Origin: Rhizophagus irregularis
Lineage: Eukaryota
Direction of reading: 5' to 3'
NCBI RefSeq assembly: GCF_026210795.1
Contig: NC_089432.1
Coordinates: forward strand, 3,844,001-3,908,000
Length of the DNA: 64,000 bases
Part shown: positions 49,697 to 62,654 of the stretch, in pieces
Position numbering within the stretch: position 1 is the stretch's first letter
How the letters are laid out: each line of letters opens with the position of its first letter
Position numbers and translations under genes: made by a program
Notes under the pieces: generated by a model
What the model saw: the letters and a program-made list of their open reading frames with translations, nothing else
What the model was told of the DNA's origin: nothing
Database searches by the model: none

Positions 49697-51136
49697 TCAA
49701 TGACGTCAGTGAGAGCGCCTGCGCTCTCGGTGGTAGTAAGGGGATCGGGAGTGAGAGCGCCTGTGCTCTCTATACTCGTATGTCCTACGATCCATCCTAT
49801 TTCTCCGGGCGGCCCAGACTAATGCTTAAAATAAAGCAAGTATTAATATAAATGCAATGAATTAATGAAAAAATCAGTTAAATAATAAATACTTACGCTC
49901 CACTCTCCAAAACTCGTCAGAGAGTTCCTGGTAAAATCTCTCATCATGCAAAGTCAGGGTACGAGTGGGATATCCTTCAGGATTTCTGTTTATTAATCTC
50001 TCTAAATTCTCGTATCCTGACTTTAGCGCATTCCATTTCTCTCTACATTGTTTTCTACACATGCCGATCAAAATTATCTGGCCACTTTTTTAAAGTGATA
50101 AACTTACATATGCATAATATTGTGAAATTTAAAATTTAAAGTTATATATATACATTGTGCCATTGTCTGTTAATTTAAATAAAAATTTAATAATGAATTC
50201 TATTTTCATTGGTGGCAATAGCTTCTTCAATTTTACAAAGTATACTATCAATAATATTCTGGAGATATATCTATCCATGTGTCCTTAACATGCTTTTCAA
50301 GTATTTTTATCGGAAAATTTAATAAGGTTAAGTATTATCCATTATGAAATAATATTATATAAGATTATGGCTTGACCTATAACTACTTACATAAACATAT
50401 TATTATGTAAGTTTATGAAAATTTGCGTAAGATTATAGATTAAAATTTAAAAATCGTATATCAAGAATATTTCGTTACTCAGTGATTGGATCTTTATGAA
50501 TTAAGATTTGTTAGATTCATCTCATTAAGTGGATTTGAATGGTAATAATTACATTTTTGTAGGATCGATATTCGCACTTTAAAGATTTAAATAAAATTTA
50601 TAATAAGTTTTGATCCAGTGATCGTATAACCATGATTTATAGCTTATTGGATTCGTCTCATTGAGACGATTCGAATGGTGGTAAATATGTATTTATTAGA
50701 TTAATATTGACAAAGTTACAGGATTTTTTAAATCTTTTAATTTATCATTATATAAATCATAAATTTACTCAGTAAATGGTTTATATTTCTGAAAAATTCT
50801 GAAAAATATGAAAAATGTGAAGCATGGAAATTTGTTTATTGTATTTATAAATATAAAATCGTATAATATTTTTGTCACATTTAGCACGTGATGATCTGCA
50901 TAATTTTGGTAAAACAAAGTGGCCAGATAATTTTGATCGGCATGTGTAGTTGGCCTGAATATGTGGTTGTTTCGTATATCACGAGCAATTCCACACTATA
51001 ATTGGTTTTGGTCATGTAACCTCGTTGTGGTGAATAAGGGCTGATAGGCCCAACGACGCTGAATTAAGGTCAAAGCAGCGTCATCGGGCCATTGAATGTA
51101 TACTGGAAGATTTGCGTTTAAGTTTAATGCTGCCAT
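49697..51136 (-). pseudogene. Small Myb/SANT-like (trihelix-type) protein gene with Arg/Ser-rich tail, MITE-disrupted
   Basis: Rejoined reading QWPDDAALTLIQRR...IARDI...RPTRKQCREKWNALKSGY; intron near 49826-49896. Confidence 0.65.
50058..50946. mobile_element. Tc1/mariner-type non-autonomous element
   Basis: Perfect 31-bp TIR CACATGCCGATCAAAATTATCTGGCCACTTT with TA on both sides; removal restores the host frame. Confidence 0.92.
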
Positions 51137-51260
51137 TATTAAATATTATTAGTTTGATGGGGAAAATGTCAAGAAAAGGCTCTATATATATGATAAATTT
51201 ATTATGATTTCTTTGAGTTTATTTTTACGATCTTGTTTAAATTTTTTAGTTCTAATGCAA

Positions 51261-51623
51261 CTTTACTAAAAATGGCCAATTTTTTGAAATGATTTTGTAA
51301 TAATTTTAAAATACTACAAAAATACATTTAATACATCAAAATGGTTTTATTATATTTTTGCTATTATTTTGTAATTGCATTGTATTTAGGTCTATAAAAA
51401 TAACTCAAAATAATATCACAATAATTTTTTAATGTTTTTGTTATTATTCTATTATTATAATATAATTAACTTTGATATTATTTTAATATTTTAATTTTAA
51501 AAATATCTTAAATATATTTTGATATATTTTAAAAATTTTACAAAATAATTGCACAATTGTTTTAAAAGCCATTGTATCTAGGTCTATAAAAATATTTCAA
51601 AAAATTGGCCATTTTTAGTAAAG
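51261..51623. mobile_element. Second copy of the 363-bp CTTTACT MITE
   Basis: Near-identical to 47792-48154; flanks AA/TA do not match. Confidence 0.92.
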
Positions 51624-51625
51624 TA

Positions 51626-53600
51626 TCTACCTCCACCATCTCAAAAAACTCCATATAATATAAGAAATCAACTTCAAAAAATAATTAATAGTGAGCATAT
51701 ACTTGATTTAACTAGAAGGAAATTTCTAACTGGTAAGTTAAATAAATATAATTGTAATTTATATCATATATAATATTTGTATAATTCAATAAATATAATA
51801 TAAAATTATTTGTAGGAACTATGATTCAAATATATTTAAATGGAAAAATGTTAAGTGATTTGCATCCCTCATTAAATAATCAATTCAAAATTGATTATTT
51901 TATTAAAAAAAGTCAGCGTTTCCAATATCCATTTGGTTAAAATGTTTTAGGTGTCGTACATGAATTTATGAAACATAATATGAGTGCAGATCCATATATA
52001 CATTAAATATCATGAATTAATACAATAACTTTATTTGTTGCATTTAGGATTTTTTGATAATGGTCAATACATTGTTTTATGTGCTACTAAAGAACAAACA
52101 ATAGCACTTTCTGAATTGACACATATTGAAATTGATATGGCGTTTAAAAGAATTTATGGTATCACAAATGAATGGAAAGTAACAGCATATTTACCTTGGG
52201 TACAGAAAAGTAAGTATAATTACTGAATTTTGGTCATTTATTTAATAAAACCTTTTATTTAGTTTTTTATTGTTAATTATTATATGAAGCTTTGACTTTT
52301 GCTCGAATATTTACAAATATTGAAACGGCTGAAGCATACCAAAATTTATTTGAAGATTTGTTTGGATGCATAGCTAGAAAGAGATATAGGCGAAACTTTT
52401 AATTTTCATCACATTCATGGCGAAGGATTAGGCTGCATTATTGCAAACCAATATAAAGGACAAGCTCTAGGTGAAATTAAAATATTATATATTTCAAATT
52501 ATTTAAAAATTTTATTTTAAATTAACTTTTTTTAATAGGATTGGGTCAATATTTAAATTCAAAATATCCACACTTAACTCCTATCGAACATTTACAACAT
52601 ATCTACAAGCTCTGTCAGGTGCATTACAAATGGTAAATAAATATATTTATCTTATTTATAATTAAAACTATATAATTAATACAATTATTAACAATAATAT
52701 TTTATAGGAACATTGACAAAAATAAAGCATTGTCAAGTGAAATTCGTAGCGCGATGTATATAGTTCCTAATTTAAATACTCAAAATGAAGTTTTAAAAAT
52801 ATTGCATAAAATTCATGATTGTGGTGAACCAGGAACAACAGGTAATTAAATTATAATTATTACAATTTAATTTGTTAATTTATATAGATATTAAAAAGAA
52901 TATTCAATTTTTTATAGCATGGGTTAAAGATAAACTTACTCTGTAGGTTTTATCAGGAATATCAAGTGTGTTTAGCAAAATGGATCATGTTATCTGGAGT
53001 CAAACACCAAATAATACCAATGCTGGAGAAAGTGTCCATGCCAATGTAAATCGCGATGGACACAATCTTTCCCTTCTTGCAGGGATAGTTAGGTAACTAT
53101 TTTTATATTCTACATAAAAAAATATAATTTTACTTATCTATTTTTTGTTTTAAGAGGACGTGATTTTGATAAAAGGCAGTAGGAAAGCACTGACGTTTAT
53201 GAAAAATATAATGTTCCAGACACTTATCGAAATAAGTCAGAACTTGCACGGTCAATACAATCAGAGAAACGTGCAGGTAAATTTATTGAAAATCTTGTTA
53301 TTTACTACTATTCCATAATGTTTGTTATATTTTAGTTTAATTATTTTAGAAAAAAGGCGTAAAGGTAGTAGACAGCCTTCAAATATGGCAAAGAAGCGAA
53401 AAAATAATTGCCATAATAAGGAAAATATAACTGAGATTATTGATTTAGATGATTTAGATAAAAACCAGCATATTGAGCAATGTCAAAAAGTAAATAATTT
53501 GGAGTATGATTTGTTAAATATTTAAAAACAAAGGAATAATGAAATTGAAAGAGAAATTGCATTAATTGAAAAGTGAAATCAACTGTTAAGTTTGTGAAAT
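51626..53600 (+). pseudogene. MULE/Mutator-like transposase relic, multi-exon, 5'-truncated
   Basis: IEIDMAFKR, TFARIFTN, HGEGLGCII..Q.KGQALGLG, LCQVHY (CxxH), TPNNTNAGESVH; multiple stops. Confidence 0.65.
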
Positions 53601-54116
53601 TTTATATATTACATTTGGTTTTTTATATTATTTATTCGCTAACTAATAATAAAATATATCTACAATAGGAATAAAGGGAACATAGTATTCTGATGATCAT
53701 GTAACTAAATGCGCAGGAAAGATGATAAGTTGAGTTATTTTTTAGTAAATTTATTATTAGGAAGATCGTAAAGGAGAAAAGATTGGGTGGGAGAAATTTT
53801 TTTAGTAATTTTTCTGTTACTTTTTTTGCACTTTTTTTCTTAAAAATTAAAAATTTTGGCGCAAAATTACAGTAATAAACTTAGGTTTTGAAAAATGATT
53901 TATAATAAATAACCAAATAATAAATAATAAATTGTAAATAAGTTTATTAAGAAATAAATATATGCGATTAATTTTATTTTTACTATAAATACAAGTACAC
54001 AAAAAATGCATGCGATTAATTACAAGAAGCTAATATAAGTCACATGAAATTACAAATCACATGACTTCGATAACTGTACTGTACGGTAAATTTGGATAAA
54101 ATTTCGTACAGTACAG

Positions 54117-55103
54117 TAGGGATTGGAACTATCAAAAAAAGCTTAACCGGCTAATAACCGGTTAATTAAAGCGTCTAACTGGTTAATAGTCGGTTAATTA
54201 ATCAGTTAATTAACCGGTTAATTTGTAATGAGGCTAATCAGTTAATAACCGGTTAATATATAAATTTTATATTTTTACGTGTGTTTTAGAGGCCTATTTT
54301 TTGTATTTTAACGCGCGTTTAAAGATAAATTTTTGTGTTTTTAACTAAATAGTATTATTTAAGAGTAATTTCTGGTAAATATTTATATTAAAATGTATAC
54401 ATTAGTAAAAAATTACATACAGTATATTGTAATTACTTACTACCCAGTCATGCAGTGGTCACCGGTATCAGCACTAAGTTGAAAAGTTTTTTAATTATAT
54501 TTTTAGTTCTATCTGAAATTTCATTCCAATTCTGATGGCCACTGTAGTATTCAAAATTTTGCATTTTTTCTTATTTAAAATACTATACCCGATCATATGC
54601 TGATTTCTGCATAAATCAAGGTTATAACTTTAGAATATTTTAACATAAATAATGTTAAATTATAAATATCATATGCAATATATTATATTAAAATATAAGA
54701 TTGCAGGTTTATCATCGAATCTATACATGCCACCCAAATTATTTTGGACTGCCGTAATTATAAGTAAAATCCCAAATTCAATTATGGCATCCCAAATTAT
54801 TTTGGCACTTTACATAGTAAATTATATATAAACCGAATGAATTATGGCATCCCAAATTATAATTATAGCATTAATTTGAGCAGCATGTATAATCGAATCT
54901 ATTAGGGTGGGCAAAATTAAAGTTAATGCTAGTAAAGTTAAAGTTAGAAGTTGGCTAGGAATTACTAATTTAAGATGATCTGTATTTTAACCGGTTAAGT
55001 TAGCCGGTTAATTAGTCAGTTAATTTAACCGGTTAAATTAACCGGTTAACCGTTTTTTGAGAGGTCTTAACTGGTTAACCGCCTTAACCGGTTCCAATCC
55101 CTA
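54117..55103. mobile_element. hAT-type MITE with 8-bp TSD CAGTACAG
   Basis: TIR TAGGGATTGGAAC / GTTCCAATCCCTA, with many subterminal TAACCGGTTA motifs at both ends. Confidence 0.9.
54722..54891. mobile_element. 170-bp hAT-type MITE nested in the previous one, 8-bp TSD ATCGAATC
   Basis: TIR TATACATGCYRCYCAAATT; TSD at 54714-54721 and 54892-54899. Confidence 0.85.
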
Positions 55104-55519
55104 CAGTACAGTACAGCGCTTATTATAGTACTGTACTGTACTGTATGAACTTTAGTTAAAAACTTACCGTACAGTACAGTTTATAGATCTACCTATATTT
55201 ATATGGCAAAAATTTATGTTGATCACATGTAGATCACAATAAACTTAATCACGTAACAACTGATATGTATATTAAAAAATTATAATATCGCTGCACAATT
55301 TATCTGGTCTTTATTATATAACCCAGAAAAATTCTTCGATTACGTGATCTGTTTTATTTATCACATCGTCACACCCTGTCCGAAGTTTCACTGTTTATAT
55401 TTATCTGAGGGACTTAGATTTTTTCAAGTAGATGAAATTCTATTTGTCACGTTTTATTCATCACATCCTAAATTCTTCGATCACGTGTCAGTGCATAACG
55501 CCGGCCGAGTTCGAAGAAT

Positions 55520-56338
55520 TTTCTGGGTGCCGTTGGGGTAGTTGTCTTTATTAGATAATTCCAATTTTCTATATTAGCTTTTACCAATGCATCTTCAGCG
55601 AGGCCAAAAATGAATACACTACAAGTACAAGTTTGTCCTGTTGAAGATCTATTCAATATAATATCTTTTTCAACTATTTTACGTAAAATCAAATCATCCA
55701 ACAACAAAAGAGCATCTTCTTTAGTTTTCAATTTCCTTGTAAATTTCTCTTAGTATACTGCTAAATTACCAAACTGACTTTTTACTTCCTTTGCCTGTGA
55801 CCGTCTAAATACATCTACAATATTATTTCTAGTTATTTGTTGATGCATTTTAGTAGTTACATTTATAATTTCCAACATTTTTAACACATCTGATTGAACG
55901 TCTATATATACTGGATTATCAGTTACACGTCGAATACAATTATCACAAAGTGTACATTCTTGAGGTACGGGATCACCTGGCCATGCGAAATAATTGGAAA
56001 TTGCTTGTTTACGACATTGATATACAGTTGAACAATAAAATAGTACTTCTCTTATTTTATGTTTTGTGTCAGATAAATATTTGATACGATTTGAAGCTTC
56101 AAGTTCTTCTTCACTCGAAATTGAATTACTATTATTAGTAATAAAAATTTATTAGTCTTTCTTTATAAAATAATAAATGAATGGATAAACAAAATACGAT
56201 ATTTTTTTTATTTTTACCTATTTTTTCCTCCTGAGTAAACCCCCATAACTGTTCTAATATCTTTTCAGCTAAACATAATAATTGCTTTTGCAGGTAGTCC
56301 ATCACGGCCTGTATGACTACTCTCTTGTATTAGATTTC
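55520..56338 (-). pseudogene. RecQ-like helicase C-terminal fragment (motif VI, Zn-binding, RQC)
   Basis: NLIQES.HTGRDGLPAKAIIMFS, then YCSTVYQCRKQAISNYF...CTLCDNC; contains a stop and lacks the 5' part. Confidence 0.75.
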
Positions 56339-56800
56339 CTATAATGAAAAGATAAGATCAAATTGTCTAATAAATACACAAATTCGTTGTTATACCGTCA
56401 CGATTTGTGACGGAGCTTAGGAAACACGTAATTTTCTGTTTTTTAAAGGTATATAGCACAATATTTATATTATCCTTAGCTAGATAACAGCATATAGAAA
56501 ACCGTTCCCTCAGGGAACGATCAGTCATGTGATTTTTTTTTTGGCATTTTTTTCAGAATTGCTTTGGGATTATTATTTGTAATAACTTATATTTTTTAAC
56601 ATGCATATATATGGTATGGTTTTACCGATATGCAATTTGTATCGTATATCAATACACGATCACTTTCTAAGCATTGGGAAAATGTAAAAAATGTAAGCCC
56701 AATTAGGCGAACTAATGCTTTATTATAACTTTATTCTAATTATTGAAAATGTTGTATTAATACTTAACGGCCTCATTTCTTATTAATAAATTTATTAACA

Positions 56801-59800
56801 TTATATTAACTGCCATTTATCAACCAAAGACTGTTTCTGTTTGAAGACAAGAGGTAAAAAAGTTTTGATCGCATCCTCCCTTTCTAAATCTGTCTTTTCA
56901 TCAAACTTACTCCATTGGGTATCAAGTGGCCAAGGACGAGTGAAAAGTATTTTAGACAGTCTTTTGCTAATTTCATCATCACAACATTTGAAAGATCCGA
57001 CGCCTTGAATATGAATAATTTGATCATAATCGTTCTTTTCATCTTTCTTATCTTCATTATTTTTATTTTTTGATCGCGTTTGTGGAACATTTCTACTCTT
57101 TAATTCTGCTTTTGGTTCAACCGCTTTCACTCTATCTAAGCCAAGATCGATGTAGATGCCTAGAATCTTATAATCCTTCTTCCATTCACCAAAGGAATTT
57201 AATGGCTGTATTAAAGAAGAAATATCCTTAGCACCAAAGGTTGTTTTTTTCGCGTTCTTGTTTTGAATTGAAATAATACCATAGCCGGCATTATACTTGA
57301 AGGGAATGATATGATCAATAACATGAAAACCTAATGGCATTTTGAAAGCAGTGTGGCGGTGATAAGCTTCTATGACAAGATTCTCTGATAGAAATTTCAT
57401 CCCCCCGGATTTCACATAATCTTGATTGGTAGCTAACAAAGATGTCCAATGGTTAAAACCAATTTCTGCCTCATCAATACCCATTCTTTTAAGCAACTCA
57501 TCAAGACCATCTATTTCTTCGCATAATAAGGACTTTAAAAATGATTTCAGAGGAACTTTTTGCAAATATGTTAATGGTGAACTAGGGAAACATTCCTTCA
57601 CAGCATCTGCATAAGCTTTTGAAAATAAGATTCGATTGACAAGTTCTCCTCTTTCTCCCGCTTCCACAACCCCACGACTAAACAGTTCCAACAGTGTGTC
57701 CAAGCAATTTTCCCAACCAACATCAATAATACCTTTAAGTGCTCCAGATGCAAGGATAGTATCAGAAGGATATGTACAAAGAATACTTGTACGATCAAGT
57801 GAGACTCCTATTGCAGTTGCCATATGGGATGCAATCAGGCTGTCTACTTCGGCAATTCGAGGGGAAACCTCAAGAGATAGGGAGCAAGCCATACATGCAA
57901 GGTTCGCAAGATAATCATTATTCTTCTTACTAAAATTGCGGATCTTTTGTGAAGCTAGGTGAACAAGGTGTATAAGACTAACTCCGGCTTGAGCAAGGGA
58001 ACCCCAAAGTGGAATTCCTAGATAAACAACCCTCTTATAATCATATTCTTTACCAACATTTTCAGCAAGCGGTGCTAATACATCCATGGTGTTGACATCT
58101 AAATACGCAGGAAATATAACGAAATCATGTGATCTGGCAGAGCTAGTGTCTTTTGTCACTGGAGGGAGGAAATTGCCAACCTTTCCATTTGTACTGAGAA
58201 GGATATTAAAGAATCCAGCCCATGAAATTTCTCGAATTTGTCGTCTCCATTGAACAAAATAGGTTTTATCATCCTTTGTCTTTGTAAGTAATTCATGCGC
58301 CTCATCAATACAACAAACTATAGAGATTTCTGTATCGGGAAATAATTTCTTCACAAAATTTTCGTTATTATAGTCTGATGAAAGTTTTTTTTGTTGTAAT
58401 AATGATTCAAAGACACTTTTCCAGAAATCATTACGCTCAGTTTTGTGATCATCTTTAATTTGAATATTCCAAAACTCCTCTGCGCTCCAGTTTTTATTCT
58501 TAATTTCTTTGATTGCTATAGATAAGAGGGCCCCAAATTTATAGTCCCGAATTGTTTCCAGAATTTTTTGAACGTAAGGTGTTGATACAGGGTAACCAGA
58601 ACTACTCTCATGTCTTTTACAAATGTACAGGATATAGGTCCCCTTGGTTCTCAGCTCCCCCACAAGCCGTGTTTTACCAGAACCAGAGCTTTGTATAATT
58701 GCTAAGTAAGGGGCGTATGGTTTTATCTGCTGGTACCATTCATCATGAAATTGTTTTAGTCGCGAATAGAAAGTTTCCAAGGTTGTGCCTTGGTATTCAA
58801 CTTGAAATGCTTCTTCAATACGATTTGGTTCAACATGACTCGCATCTACAAAAAAAATATAAGATGGGCGCTGATTAACTAGTTGCTTAATAATGCATCA
58901 AAGTTTCTACTATACATTCTTACCTTCTTCTTTCTCATCACTTGAAGAGCTTTCATCATCTAATGATGACAAGTGAGGAAAATGTTAGCAATCAGTGTGT
59001 AGATTTTGAAATAACCCATGTTACGCATACCATTTTCTGTGACTATAATATCATATGCATTATCTTCCGTATTGTGTAATTCCGTGACAAGTTTACTGTC
59101 CTCCAAAGTCTTACTTCCACGGTAAATAGTGACATTTCCTGATATATCAAACCGGGCTTTGATCGTCCTTTTCAGATCATTCACATCGGATACCGCAAAA
59201 TCTTCCAGACTACTTTGTTTGATAGAGACGCGTTCATCATTATAACGGACCCATATTTGCTTATCTTTTTTTGCGGTTAGATGGAATGTGAGTAAAGAGT
59301 ATTCAGGTATTTCATAATAAAATTCTTGTATGGCCAAAACAATCAATTACCTTGAAGTTGGAGTCCTGCTATGCCGGACGTTAAACTTGCTATTCCTTAT
59401 ATAACGAAAGAGAAACGACAGCGAAAAAATCAGTATATATTGGAGTTCACTAGTTCTATTACGACTCACTTACCAATGGGTTGCTCTACGATAACGCGAA
59501 TGTGTTTTTTGGGCGGGTTTGACGATAAGAAGCAGGAAAGAAAAGCACAAGAATAAGTAAGCATTCGGTATTATTGGCGAATATGACACGTTGTGAGCAA
59601 GAGAAGACGAAAAAAAATGTTATGACTCACCAGTAACGGGAACGTCAACAACAACTCCAATATTATTTCCTACAACGTTTTGAAATGTATTTCCAACCGT
59701 ATCAGCTGGCTCTTCTAATTTTTCGTTTAAGTAGGGTTCAATAGCAGTTTCTTTATTCCTAAGTATACTCGAAGCAACATTGACCTTCCATAGAACTAGT

Positions 59801-59967
59801 TCATCGGGTGCAAAATCATTAAAACGTGGCTTCCTCTCTTCCTTGATAACTTTTCTAAGGTCGTCAAGATCGTTACCCGATTCGATAGTAATTTTGAAAA
59901 TAGAACGATTTTCACGAATGATACACCAAAGATTAATAAGCGTTCCAGATGGTGCAATATTAGACAT
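56801..59967 (-). CDS. Crinkler (CRN)-type protein: N-terminal ubiquitin-like header(s), P-loop NTPase and REase-like C-terminus
   Basis: Exon 1 LWCII...DLRKVIKEE...ELVLWKVNV...VVVDVP; second header QIWVRY...DVNDLKRTIK; last exon QSSGSGKTRL, CCIDEAH, GERGEL, IDHII...SIQNKN. Plausible small exons at ~59351-59368 and 58924-58959. Confidence 0.85.
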
Positions 59968-61049
59968 ATTGTATCACGAAGGATGGATAAATGGGGAAGA
60001 AATTTCTTTTTCGTAAATCTGGGGAGTTTGATATAAATAAGGGGTAAGGTCGCACAGATTGATCTATTTCAAAGTCACATGATTCCGATAGTTACTGCGC
60101 AAAGATATAAGAATTCGGCACGTGAAGATGCTTATATAAGATAGACTTTTGCTGTGCCGTTGCATGTGATGTGAGTAATTTCACTGCGCCTATTATACTG
60201 TACGCGTGATGCAAAGATCAAAATGCCAATATATAACAAGAAGACTGGTAGAAGTAATATGTCTGGTTTTGAAACATCTAAGAAGCGGGAAATTCGATTA
60301 AACATCGTGATGACATGTTTAGAGAAACTAGCCGAGCAATAAACCAACTTACTTCATTATTACTTTGCGGAATATACTCGTTCATTTAAATGATAAGTTT
60401 TATTGTTTTGCTTGATTTTTTCATTTTACTTGCACAAGGCGGATAAAGGATTCACTAATCAGGTCATCACCTTTTTATATAATTTACAGGATTGATTTTG
60501 TTATACGCTTTTGGGGGAAATTATGTTAATATGATCGCATCACGAAAATCTCGTCAACAGACTCTCCTTAATTTAACAATAAAAGATTTAATGCTATCCA
60601 TATGTAAAGATCATCAAGGGTCCTTTTACAATAATATACAGTACGTAATAATTTTGAGAATATGCGAGAAAGTTTGAGAATAAAAGTCCCTGGATCTTCG
60701 CTGGCAATTTTAATTTGCCGATACAGATTTCCGTTAGTGCCCTAAACGTTTTTTATTTGCAATACATTGAGCTAAGATAAATTACATGGTGCGGGACTAC
60801 CCTGGGTATATGATGCCATTCTATGATTGTATCTATTATACACGATTATTTTTTTGAATGATATTTCTCTATTCTAGCTTTTGATAGGAAATTCCGCAGT
60901 CAATTTTTGGCTCAATAAAAATAATATTAAAATATTAATTATTAAAACCTTTCCGAAACTCAAAACCTTTCCAAATCTTTCTAAAACACCAAAAAAACAT
61001 GATTATTTCACTTATTTGCTTCAAAAATAATAAAAAAAAAGGATTTTAT

Positions 61050-61481
61050 AATTTTCCGCTATAGCGGAGTTCCGCTAGTGTCACGTGACGCGAAGATCAT
61101 TTCCTTTTTAGGAAATTAGTATAACCAATTTGCTCCATTTTTCGTTAGAAGTAAAATTCCCTTTTTAGGAAATTTGTGTAACATTATATGATTTGACTGG
61201 AATTACGGAACTTGACCGGAATTAACCATGTGACGAATAAGGTGACAAATATGATTTTTTCATTAAAAAAATTCTAAGTTCAAATAATACTTAGTAATTT
61301 TTGAAAGCTTGAGGGTGTGATACAGGGTGATGGTTTAAACGTTACACAAACTTCCAAAAAAGGAAATTTTACTTCTGACGAAACGAAAATTATTTATGCA
61401 AATGGGTTACACAAATTTCCAAAAAAGGAAATGATATTCATGTCACGTGACACTAGCGGAACTCCGCTATAGCGGAAAATT
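61050..61481. mobile_element. MITE-like element with ~40-bp TIRs
   Basis: AATTTTCCGCTATAGCGGAGTTCCGCTAGTGTCACGTGAC is inverted at both ends, with further internal inverted blocks; TSD unclear. Confidence 0.8.
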
Positions 61482-62654
61482 TTAATTTTCAAAAAAAAAT
61501 TATCGTAGAATATAAAACAAGTGGTATTTTTTTCCTATTCTGTAATCTGTGGGATGGGTTACAAAGTTCCTTTTTAAGTATTTGTTAAAAGGATTTTATA
61601 TTATTTTTATTGTATGTTCCCATAAAGCTCCCGAGTTGGGATCTTCAAAACACTTGCAACGTATATTCTTTTTTGGTTGGATCTGCCTGGACGAAATAGG
61701 CAAAAAATAGGTTGAAAAGTTATATTCTTAGATCTTAGAGTAGGTAATCGATTCGGATTCGGTTCCCTATTCCTATTCCTTTTCGATTTCTGTTTGGATT
61801 CGATCTTAGATTAGTTAGCCCCACCCTCCCTCCATGGGAACACGTGTCTTTTTAAATAAAAAAAAAAGTTTCTTTTTTTTTTTTTGGTGTATCAATAAAA
61901 ACCATTTTTATTTGTTTGTTATACAAGTAAAAAAAAAATTTGGATTATCGTTTCCATCTTAGTCTTAATTTTTTTACAAACAATAGGTATCTCTATTTTC
62001 GATTATTTAAACCCGTTATAAATTGAGGAAAAAAAAAAAAAAGAAAATTTCTTTCTTGCGGTTTACGGTCAACAGGTTTTTTCCTTGTAAATTATACGGT
62101 TCTGGACCATTTTAAATATAAAGAATTAAATTTCCCCCCTTCTTTCACGATCCTTTTTGTCAACAAAAAAAAAATTTATATAACGTCTCTCCTATAAATT
62201 ATTGGAAAAAAAAATTTTTTTTTGGTTTTTTTTTTGTTTGTTTTTTTTTTTGTGAAGATCTAAGATTTATCATCTATTTTTTTTTTAAGATGATGATTTG
62301 TTAACCTTCATATATCTCCATAAGGAAGTATGATGTATAGAGATTTGGTGAAAAAAGGTATGAAAAATGTGAAAGATTTCTTTTTCACTGTCATCTCCTT
62401 CTGATCATATCGAAGCCACCTTTTTTTTTTTCATGGGAAAAAATTCGTATTGATTCGCAATCCCCCCTTTTTTCTCTTTCAAAAAAAAAAAAATAAACAA
62501 ATCGTCATATTTTAGAATTTGGGAAGTTTGAAGAAAAAAAAATAAAGCTATAGTAAAAACTCAACATTTGATGATTCATTTCTTCCTTACGTCCCGTTTA
62601 GATTTTATCACACCTTACAAAACCCACTGAAACTAGAAACAAAAAACTTACATC

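Larger units (their letters stand above)
54072..55181. repeat. Small palindromic ACTGTACTGTACGGTAA element, split by a hAT MITE
   Basis: AACTGTACTGTACGGTAA (54072) and TTACCGTACAGTACAGTT (ends 55181) are inverted. Confidence 0.6.

Noticed and set aside
61680..62640. Poly-A/poly-T rich stretch as an RNA gene or element
   Set aside because: No tRNA/rRNA features or terminal repeats recognised; probably promoter or UTR sequence.
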